Shown here: positions 1 through 6,658 of the stretch, piece by piece
Position numbering within the stretch: position 1 is the first letter of the stretch
Layout: every line of letters starts with the position of its first letter
Assembly (NCBI GenBank): GCA_964421955.1
Contig: CAYQYU010000018.1
Span: forward strand, 1-14,044
DNA length: 14,044 nucleotides
Direction: 5' to 3'
Source: an uncultured archaeon
GTDB lineage: Archaea > Nanohalarchaeota > Nanosalinia > Nanosalinales > Nanosalinaceae
Notes under the pieces: generated by a model
Database searches by the model: none
Seen by the model: only the letters and a program-made list of their open reading frames with translations
What the model was told of the DNA's origin: nothing
Made by a program: the position numbers and the translations under genes

Positions 1-279
1 ATCAGCAGGAGCACCTACTTCTTCTTGGAGTACCGGGATGTAGATAGCTGGTTCTCTACCTTTTTCCTCAAAGAAGTCTTCTACATCCGCTATCAGGCTC
101 TCTGTTACATCATCTTGACTGAAGATTACTGCGTGATTCCAGAAGACATTCGTATCCTCATAATCGGCTTCAGTCCAAGCGTAGAAACCAAAGTCTTCTT
201 CCTTTGTATTCTTGATATAGAGTGACTTTAGGAACTGATAGTTTTTCTTCAGAGTCTGAATGGCATCTTTCTTGTTCAT
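1..279 (-). CDS. Partial CDS running off the window edge; possibly the N-terminal part of a GNAT-family acetyltransferase
   Basis: Hand translation from ATG at 279 is open to base 1: MNKKDAIQTLKKNYQFLKSLYIKNTKEEDFGFYAWTEADYEDTNVFWNHAV...DVEDFFEEKGREPAIYIPV. Not in the ORF track because there is no stop in the window. The family call rests only on a loose resemblance in the 'WNHAV...FFEEKGREP' segment. Confidence 0.6.
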   Translation of the reverse strand, partial: MNKKDAIQTLKKNYQFLKSLYIKNTKEEDFGFYAWTEADYEDTNVFWNHAVIFSQDDVTESLIADVEDFFEEKGREPAIYIPVLQEEVGAPAD

Positions 280-323
280 AGATAATTTTCTCTCCGTTAA
301 CTTCTATGTAGTTTTTGGCTATA

Positions 324-701
324 TTATCCGGTCAGTATGTAGACACCTACTACGAACATTATCACCGATATTAATCTCAGAATGTTAGCTTTCCAACTCA
401 TATCTTCATCTGGGAAGTAGTCTCTTCCTGCTTTTCTGAAGGCTATTACTGTGGCTATTACGAATATAGGTCTGATGTTGAGAGATGCTGTTATTAGTGC
501 TACTTTACCTGTTTCGAGAGCTAAAGTGAATACCAAAAAGCCGAGGTAGAAGAATATTCTTCCCGGAAGCAGAAGTTTAAGGTATTCTTTTTCTTTCCAG
601 CTTCCCAGTGAACCTCTTACACCTTCATTTAGGGAGATAAGTACGGAGGAGAGGAAATCACCTACGAGGGCGGATGCGTAAGCAGGTAGGCTTCTCGACA
701 G
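324..701 (-). pseudogene. EamA/DMT-family transporter, C-terminal remnant
   Basis: The frame is open from 701 to 324 (LSRSLPAYASALVGDFLSSVL...GRIFFYLGFLVFTLALETGKVALITASLNIRPIFVI...LISVIMFVVGVYILTG) with an EamA-like helix pattern. It is bounded by TAA at 702-704 and has no suitable start. Hydrophobic fragments continue in other frames to about 790. Confidence 0.6.
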
Positions 702-799
702 TTAACTTTTACGGAAATGTCGAAGGGGTTGACTACGATGATGAAGCAGATAGACTGATAGTGGTGGCAAGAAAATGAAAATCAGGAGAGAAGTTTCTA

Positions 800-892
800 T
801 TAGTGTTCTTCTTCGGCATGCTCTTCTAGTTCTTCTTCCGTTTCGAAGCTTCCACCACATGCTTTGCATACCTTGTCATCGTCGTCTCCTAT
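800..892 (-). CDS. 30-aa acidic C2H2 zinc-finger microprotein, copy 1 (ATA at the start position)
   Basis: Hand translation (I/M)GDDDDKVCKACGGSFETEEELEEHAEEEH*, pattern C-x2-C-x3-F-x5-L-x2-H-x4-H. Preceded by SD GGAGGTGA (900-907). Clear paralogue at 8604-8702. Confidence 0.75.
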   Translation of the reverse strand: MGDDDDKVCKACGGSFETEEELEEHAEEEH

Positions 893-914
893 AATTTGAT
901 CACCTCCTAGTGTT

Positions 915-1184
915 CTATTTTACTTCTCCGCCGTTTGCCCAGGTTTTAAGTGTATCCATGTCAGCTTCGCCGCATATCCATTCATCTGTCTCAGTGTTGT
1001 AGAAGAAAGGTACTCCGCCGCATTTTCCATCGTCTAATTCTTTTTGTTTTTCAGCGTTTTCTTTGTCGTTCCATACCTCAAGCTGTTCTACTTTTACGTT
1101 CTCTACGTCTTCTAGCTTATCCACTTTAGGCATCATTTTTTCGCAATGCGGACAGCCATCGCCGTAGAACTCATAAAGTGTCAT
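915..1184 (-). CDS. Small thioredoxin/glutaredoxin-like protein, copy 1
   Basis: CPHC active site, GVP cis-Pro motif, 89 aa; 71 of 88 residues identical to the copy at 8714-8980 by manual alignment. Confidence 0.9.
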   Translation of the reverse strand: MTLYEFYGDGCPHCEKMMPKVDKLEDVENVKVEQLEVWNDKENAEKQKELDDGKCGGVPFFYNTETDEWICGEADMDTLKTWANGGEVK

Positions 1185-1207
1185 ACACGTTAAACCGGTT
1201 CGGCAGG

Positions 1208-1236
1208 TTATTAAACAGGCGCTTACCTTGATGAAA
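1208..1236 (-). promoter_or_regulatory. TATA-like box and candidate operator for thioredoxin copy 1
   Basis: Minus strand reads TTTC-ATCAAG-GTAA-GCGCCTG-TTTAATAA. The TATA-like box is about 24-31 nt before the ATG at 1184. The same layout occurs at 9003-9031 and 3808-3837. Confidence 0.45.
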
Positions 1237-1237
1237 T

Positions 1238-1579
1238 CTATAAGTTCGACCCGTGTTTTTCTCCCCAGTCAAACATTAGCTTGATTACTTTTTCTAGAGA
1301 TTTGCCGTTTTCTGTAAGTGAATACTCTACTTTCTTAGGTTTTCTTTCTATAACTTTCTTTTCTACTAATCCTTTCTCTATTAGATCTCTTAGGCTGTCT
1401 GAGAGAACTTTATCAGAGACATGGTGAACTTCACGCTGTAACTCGTTGAAACCCATAGGTCTTTTCAGTAGCCTGTGGACGATAACAGGGTGCCACTTTC
1501 TTCCAAGAATTTCAGCGGTCACGGTAATAGGACACCATTCTTGGGTTTCACACCACTCTGGCATGTTTTTCTCTTCCAT
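1238..1579 (-). CDS. HxlR/DUF24-family winged-helix transcriptional regulator, copy 1
   Basis: WCETQEWCPITVTAEILGRKW...MGFNELQR...VSDKVLSDSLRDL...PKKVEYSLTENG is a typical HxlR pattern; GAGGTG SD at 1586-1591. Confidence 0.9.
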   Translation of the reverse strand: MEEKNMPEWCETQEWCPITVTAEILGRKWHPVIVHRLLKRPMGFNELQREVHHVSDKVLSDSLRDLIEKGLVEKKVIERKPKKVEYSLTENGKSLEKVIKLMFDWGEKHGSNL

Positions 1580-1657
1580 TTACTGCACCTCGAAGATTTT
1601 AATTAATTTTTTGTAAAGAATACCTTTTGAATAGATTAACGGTTTTTAGCGAATTTC

Positions 1658-1875
1658 TCAATTTTTCTTGAGCCTCTCCTTGATTTCTGAGATCGCTTTC
1701 TTAGTGCCGCAGAAACAGGTGAAGTAGTTCGCTATAAATCCTAATCCTGCTATACTGAAGAATATAACTAGATTCGTTAAGCCCTGGCTAAGGAAGATTA
1801 GTAGAGCTGCGATTTCGAAGCCTATACGGTGAAAAGCCTCCTCTTCCTCTCTTTTTCATCAAGGTTCTGCTCCAT
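1658..1875 (-). pseudogene. Frameshifted small membrane protein, DUF2892/YgaP-like
   Basis: ATG at 1875 overlaps the SDR stop (TAATG). MEQNLDEKERKRRLFT hits a stop at 1822-1824. Restoring one base near 1827 gives ...IGFEIAALLIFLSQGLTNLVIFFSIAGLGFIANYFTCFCGTKKAISEIKERLKKN*, with two TM helices and an FC motif like DUF2892. Confidence 0.65.
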
Positions 1876-2687
1876 TAATTATCACCTTCGAATCCGTTTT
1901 CGATATTGAAAATTCTTCCCCTGTTATCTGAAACCCCGTAGAACTGGTGATAACCGGACTTTTTCTCGGGATCAGCCTTAATGATGGATGTTAGCGTTCT
2001 TCCCAGATCCTTATGACTCCAACGAAGTGTATGGTAATAAGGCTCTCCCTTCAGAGACTCTTTGTCCTCTGGATTAACTCCTCCGATTCTAATGCTGACT
2101 CCTATGCTGAAGTTACCTTCTTCGACTTCCTTTCGAAGTACTCTTTCAGTCATTACTTTATGCCATCCATAAGGACTGTCAGGGTTCTCCTCTCTAGGAT
2201 CTAAAAGCTTTCCAGGTTCATCCTTTCTCATGTCAAAACTTGAATCAGAGTCTATACTGCTTCTATATGGCTCAGGAGTATTTTCTAGACTGGCTTCCAC
2301 AGTATAAGCAGCTATATCCCCTGTTCCTGCGTGAATAGAGCTTCCGTTTATGAAAATAGGTACACCTGCATTTTTAGAGGCTTCAAGAATATTATGATAC
2401 ATATACATGTTTCCTTTCCAAGCCTTATGCGTATCAAAATTTTCTACCGGTATGTTCCAAGCAAGGTGGAAAACTGCGTCTACTTCTTCCTCCTTCATAA
2501 TATCTTCTAGTCTACTGAGATCGGTTTCATCAAGAAGATCTATTCTCTCAGTACGGGTGTAACAGTTTTCGTCTTCCCTGACGCTACGGCTGACACCTAT
2601 CACATCAAAACCTTGATCGCAGAGATAGCTTCCTGCTGCCCTTCCAACAGTTCCTGAAGCCCCGGTCACCAGAATTGTCTTAGTCAT
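1875..2687 (-). CDS. Extended SDR NAD(P)-dependent epimerase/dehydratase-family oxidoreductase
   Basis: ILVTGASGTVG Rossmann motif, VFHLA, SS, YGWHK (YxxxK), SIRIG and FYGVSDN. Start placed at MTKTIL (2687) because the longer ORF overlaps the DUF3179 gene. Confidence 0.88.
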   Translation of the reverse strand: MTKTILVTGASGTVGRAAGSYLCDQGFDVIGVSRSVREDENCYTRTERIDLLDETDLSRLEDIMKEEEVDAVFHLAWNIPVENFDTHKAWKGNMYMYHNILEASKNAGVPIFINGSSIHAGTGDIAAYTVEASLENTPEPYRSSIDSDSSFDMRKDEPGKLLDPREENPDSPYGWHKVMTERVLRKEVEEGNFSIGVSIRIGGVNPEDKESLKGEPYYHTLRWSHKDLGRTLTSIIKADPEKKSGYHQFYGVSDNRGRIFNIENGFEGDN

Positions 2688-2700
2688 ACTATTTATTGTC

Positions 2701-3786
2701 TCAGCTTTGATTGTAAACACTTGTGTCTTGGTTGAACTTGCTCCAAGCAAACCAGTAGAATCCCTTCGTAGAGATTCTCTCAAGTCTGTCATCCTCCACA
2801 TCCCAGGCTGTGCCTGAAGAGTCAACTAGTCGTCCGTTCTCAAGAGAAAGATCGAGCTTCTCTCCCTCGTTCTTTCTGATGAAGGCAACAATTGTTCCAT
2901 CTTTCGGATTTTCGAGAACCGCCACAGGTGTTCCGCCGACTTCATCCTGTATTAACCTATCCTCTCTGATATCCTGCTCAGGGTAAGCCTTTGAGGAACC
3001 ATTCAAGTTTATGCCGTATACAACTGTCTTGGATTCAAGTCTATCATCTACGTTTCCTACTCCAAATCCGACTCTTTGACTCTTCTTGTAGCTAGAGTAA
3101 GCACTTCCTTGATACGTTGAGGCGGGGTATATACCTGTGTCACGAGATAAAATACTTGTGTTTGGATGTCCTGATTTCCAACTAGACCAGTTGGAGACTG
3201 AAGAATGCACAAGTTCAAGGCTCTGACCTGTCCGAGGACCTATGATCGCATTTCCTCTGATCTGGCTCCAATAACTTTCGGTAGAACGGTCGTACATTAC
3301 GAGGTTAGCATTCAACAGCTTTCCGGATACTCCGAATTCAAGGTTTTCTCCATTGATATTTCTGGAATACGTCACTCCAGAACGGCAGAGAGGGCAGTAG
3401 GTGACGACTATCCGCTCTCCCGCTATTTCATCGTTGACTATCTCGTGTCTGTCCAGTATTCTCAACGGGTATGCCTTTGAAACGTTTTCTTCCTCTATGC
3501 CTATCACCGGATCATCAGGTCTCATCCAGTCAGATTCTTCTACAGTTTCGAAACTTGGATCGTCAATTGAAGGAATACAGTCCTTTCCAGGGCATCCCAG
3601 TACTAGCTCGGAAGGATGGACAGTATATTTTTTACCGTCCTCGGTTGTCATGTAATCCTGGCCTGAAAGGTTTCTTTCAGGAACCACCTGTTGTTCTCCA
3701 TTAAAGCTAGATTCGGCCGCCAAGTAGAGAGTTGTGAGGATTGCGAGAGAAACTACTGCGGCCGCCAGATAGTGTTTTCTCTCCAT
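2701..3786 (-). CDS. DUF3179-family protein with an N-terminal membrane anchor
   Basis: KDCIPSIDDP, KAYPLRILDRHEIVND, VTYCPLC, FGVSGKLLNANLVMYDRSTESYWSQ and FYWFAWSKF match DUF3179. Hydrophobic N-terminus. Start placed at MERKHY (3786). Confidence 0.88.
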   Translation of the reverse strand: MERKHYLAAAVVSLAILTTLYLAAESSFNGEQQVVPERNLSGQDYMTTEDGKKYTVHPSELVLGCPGKDCIPSIDDPSFETVEESDWMRPDDPVIGIEEENVSKAYPLRILDRHEIVNDEIAGERIVVTYCPLCRSGVTYSRNINGENLEFGVSGKLLNANLVMYDRSTESYWSQIRGNAIIGPRTGQSLELVHSSVSNWSSWKSGHPNTSILSRDTGIYPASTYQGSAYSSYKKSQRVGFGVGNVDDRLESKTVVYGINLNGSSKAYPEQDIREDRLIQDEVGGTPVAVLENPKDGTIVAFIRKNEGEKLDLSLENGRLVDSSGTAWDVEDDRLERISTKGFYWFAWSKFNQDTSVYNQS

Positions 3787-3807
3787 GCCTAAGTTGTGTT
3801 GCCTTTG

Positions 3808-3837
3808 CTTTTCAAGAGCCAAGTTACCTCACGGTAA
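3808..3837 (-). promoter_or_regulatory. Inverted repeat TTACC-N4-GGTAA and TATA-like TTGAAAAG in the divergent DUF3179/msrA spacer
   Basis: TTACC-TCAC-GGTAA at 3824-3837; TTGAAAAG (minus strand, 3808-3815) is 22-29 nt before the ATG at 3786. Confidence 0.5.
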
Positions 3838-3890
3838 GTTGCGTTCTCTATTCAGGGAAGGTTTTTACCGTTTGAATTCAACTGTTCTCT

Positions 3891-4562
3891 ATGGAAGGAA
3901 GGACTGTGGCCGTGATTTCCCTGTTGCTTATCGGGCTTATCGGCCTGGTCGTGACTTTGGCAGTTGATGGAATGAGTGAAGACAAGAAATCTTCGGGGCC
4001 GGAATGGCGTTCAGAAATCGTTGATGAGGATCCTCAGAAGGCCACTTTTGCCGGCGGCTGCTTCTGGTGCATCGAGGCAGTCTACGAGGGAGTCAAAGGT
4101 GTAGATTCCGCAGTATCAGGATATGCTGGCGGCAGTAAAGAGACAGCGACATATGGACAGGTACTGACTGGAGAAACCGATCACAGGGAGGCGGTGCAGG
4201 TGAAGTATTACCCGTCAATAATATCTTACAGCGAACTGCTTGAAATGTACTGGAGGAGCATCGACCCTACTGATGCGGGCGGACAGTTTTCGGACCGTGG
4301 GCCACAGTACACTACCGCGATCTATGTACATAATAAGGAGCAGCGCCGGATCGCTGAAGAGTCTAAAGAGAACCTGAGTGAAAGCGGAAGGTTCGAGGAG
4401 CCGATAGTGACTGAGATCGAGAACTTCACAACTTTCTTCAGGGCAGAGAAAAAGCACCAGAACTACTCACGCAAGAGAACCGCCCACTACAAAGTGTACG
4501 AGAGAGCTTCAGGCAGGAAGGGTTTTGTAGAGCGTGTGTGGGGCAAAAGCCCGCTGGAATGA
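3891..4562 (+). CDS. msrA: Peptide-methionine (S)-S-oxide reductase MsrA with an N-terminal TM anchor
   Basis: ATFAGGCFWCIE, VSGYAGG, TDHREAVQV, DPTDAGGQFSDRGPQY and FFRAEKKHQNY; hydrophobic residues about 6-25. Confidence 0.96.
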   Translation: MEGRTVAVISLLLIGLIGLVVTLAVDGMSEDKKSSGPEWRSEIVDEDPQKATFAGGCFWCIEAVYEGVKGVDSAVSGYAGGSKETATYGQVLTGETDHREAVQVKYYPSIISYSELLEMYWRSIDPTDAGGQFSDRGPQYTTAIYVHNKEQRRIAEESKENLSESGRFEEPIVTEIENFTTFFRAEKKHQNYSRKRTAHYKVYERASGRKGFVERVWGKSPLE

Positions 4563-5402
4563 TCAGTTCAGCTCCTGGAACCTCTTGACCAGTTTTTCTT
4601 TTTCGGGCACATCATAACCCTGGGAGAAAAGCTTTCCGTTGACTAAAAGTACCGGTGGATGAAATCCTCCCCTGATTAGGGGTCTGAGGAATCTTGTCCA
4701 GTAGGATTTGACCTGGATGTCGACTTCTCCGTCGATTTCCTCCGAGGCCTGTTGTACTGCTCTTATGAAGAGATGACATTCCTTGCAGAAACTTTCAGGA
4801 ATCCTTATTATGCCATGCATTCCTGTTACAACGTATACCTCGGCGGTTATGTCGCTATCTGTTTTTCCCTCGAAAGGCAGAATGGATGCTTTGATAGAGT
4901 GCCGGGAAGGCGGCAGAGAGGCCTGGGTTTTCCGATAGGTGTCGGCTGAGAGACTGGTTATGAGGTAGATCCAGAGAAAGTGGAGATACCAGCGACCATA
5001 CTGGAAGACAAGATCAGCGATTCCAGTACTTACCTGATCGTAGATTATCTTTACGGGGAAGAATATCTGGGAAGACGCACTGAAAGACAGGTTGAGCAGA
5101 CCCGAAAGCGGGAATTGGATGCCGTATATGAAGCTCGCCGCGGTGAGCAGGAATACGGGCGTTACTGCGTAGAACTTGCGGCGTTTTTCAAGGAAGAATT
5201 TGTTGAGTTCCTCTTCCAGGGATCCGAGATTCCTGTAGATGAATTTCATCGGCAGAAACATTGCGAAACCGGTCAATACGCCTATTAAGGATATTATTGA
5301 CGGCGACTCAAACACGTTCACTGTGAGTGCTGCGAGCGCAAGTATATTGAGCAGGGAGAAGATTACCGCTCCTGTGACTAGTATTATTTTCCCCGGTTTC
5401 AT
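4563..5402 (-). CDS. Multi-TM membrane protein with a C-terminal thioredoxin-like CxxC domain
   Basis: About four hydrophobic segments in the first 155 aa, then FCKEC and HPPVLLVNGK (cis-Pro/beta-hairpin pattern of the Trx fold). ATGA overlap with the ccdA stop. Confidence 0.7.
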   Translation of the reverse strand: MKPGKIILVTGAVIFSLLNILALAALTVNVFESPSIISLIGVLTGFAMFLPMKFIYRNLGSLEEELNKFFLEKRRKFYAVTPVFLLTAASFIYGIQFPLSGLLNLSFSASSQIFFPVKIIYDQVSTGIADLVFQYGRWYLHFLWIYLITSLSADTYRKTQASLPPSRHSIKASILPFEGKTDSDITAEVYVVTGMHGIIRIPESFCKECHLFIRAVQQASEEIDGEVDIQVKSYWTRFLRPLIRGGFHPPVLLVNGKLFSQGYDVPEKEKLVKRFQELN

Positions 5403-6124
5403 TCTATACCTGTCCCTGGCAGGAATTCGAGTGTTTCAGTAGGGACCAGGTGGAGCCCGAAGATGTCAAAGACTCCGAAAAGATAGTAGAATGCAACTGC
5501 AAACATTATCAGTCCTGTGACTCTATTTATTCTGGTCTGGTGCATTGTCAGCGTCTGGACTATCTTCTTACTCCAGCTTGATGATATCAGGGAAAATACG
5601 AGAAGGGGGAATCCAATACCCAGGCCGAAAAGCACGAAGTTGAAGACGCTGAACACTGGTGACTGGAAGAGAAATGCGCGTGCAAAGAAGGCGGCGATGA
5701 AGGCAGGGTTGCAGGGGATGATTATAGCTCCGAAGAAGAAGCCGAACCCGAACGCATTCAGAAGGGGGTTATCCGAGCGAGGCCCCTGGTAGCTCGGTAA
5801 TCGGTTCCAGAACTCGATATCAAGTATCAGGCCTATGCTTATCAAACCGAGCAAGAGAAATGCAACCGGTGAGACTATTTCAATGACGCCGGTGAGTGAT
5901 CGCTGGAGCAGTGTCGAGAATACTATGCCGAGAAGCAGCATGAAGCTCATCACCCCTAGGACGACAAGAAGGCCAAACAGGGCATAAGTTTTCCTGCTTT
6001 CCTCCCCGCTGAACTGTTTCGAGAGGTAGGCGATGAAGCCAGGATAAAGCGGAAGCACGCAGGCGGCGGTCAGTGGGGTCAGGAGACCGAGAGTGAAAGA
6101 ACTCAGGAGTTCTGCCAGCGCCAT
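5399..6124 (-). CDS. ccdA: CcdA / DsbD-beta-type transmembrane electron transporter
   Basis: GLLTPLTAACVLPLYPGFIAYL and GFFFGAIIIPCNP carry the two membrane Cys; about six TM helices; adjacent to a redoxin gene. Confidence 0.88.
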   Translation of the reverse strand: MALAELLSSFTLGLLTPLTAACVLPLYPGFIAYLSKQFSGEESRKTYALFGLLVVLGVMSFMLLLGIVFSTLLQRSLTGVIEIVSPVAFLLLGLISIGLILDIEFWNRLPSYQGPRSDNPLLNAFGFGFFFGAIIIPCNPAFIAAFFARAFLFQSPVFSVFNFVLFGLGIGFPLLVFSLISSSWSKKIVQTLTMHQTRINRVTGLIMFAVAFYYLFGVFDIFGLHLVPTETLEFLPGTGIE

Positions 6125-6658
6125 TCAGCAGCCCCTTTCTATCTCCTGCTGGAGCCTGGAGGAGGGTTTGACGCCTGTTGAAAGCAGCCTCTCTCCCTCT
6201 TCACACACGAGAACCATCGGAGCTCTCGGAGGAGTGATGATGACATTTCCGTATTCCTTCCTCAACAGGTTTGTAGCCTCGGGAGGTGAGACAGAGTACC
6301 GCCAGCTAAAGCCGTGTCTCTCCAAATGCTGACGTATCTTCTCCTCATCCTCATTGGGATCCACATCCAGCGAAACCGAGGTCACATCGATGTCCTGATG
6401 GAGTTTCCCTACTTCCCGTTGCTGTCTTGTACATGTGGGACACCACACCGCGAACGTTTCTACGAGTACAGGTTTTTCGAGCTCTTCCACGGTGTACTTC
6501 TCTCCGCTTGAGACATCCGTGAGCGGTACTTCTTTCCAGTCAGTAAAGTTTCCTGTGCGGCCTTCACGTTCGCCAGAAAGGCTCAGGGCTCCGAAAGCCA
6601 GGATCAGCGCGGCCACTATACCTGCCGCGGCATATCTCCTGTACTTTTTATCGATCAT
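6125..6658 (-). CDS. Membrane-anchored TlpA/ResA-like redoxin
   Basis: Basic N-terminus then a TM helix; KPVLVETFAVWCPTC; VSLDVDPNED. Start placed at MIDKKY (6658). Confidence 0.88.
   Translation of the reverse strand: MIDKKYRRYAAAGIVAALILAFGALSLSGEREGRTGNFTDWKEVPLTDVSSGEKYTVEELEKPVLVETFAVWCPTCTRQQREVGKLHQDIDVTSVSLDVDPNEDEEKIRQHLERHGFSWRYSVSPPEATNLLRKEYGNVIITPPRAPMVLVCEEGERLLSTGVKPSSRLQQEIERGC

Noticed and set aside
25-225. Plus-strand 66-aa ORF
   Set aside because: It is an antisense shadow of the more protein-like minus-strand frame at 1-279.
2701-6658. Selenocysteine recoding in DUF3179, MsrA or the redoxins
   Set aside because: All catalytic positions are ordinary Cys codons in open frames; there is no in-frame TGA at an active site.
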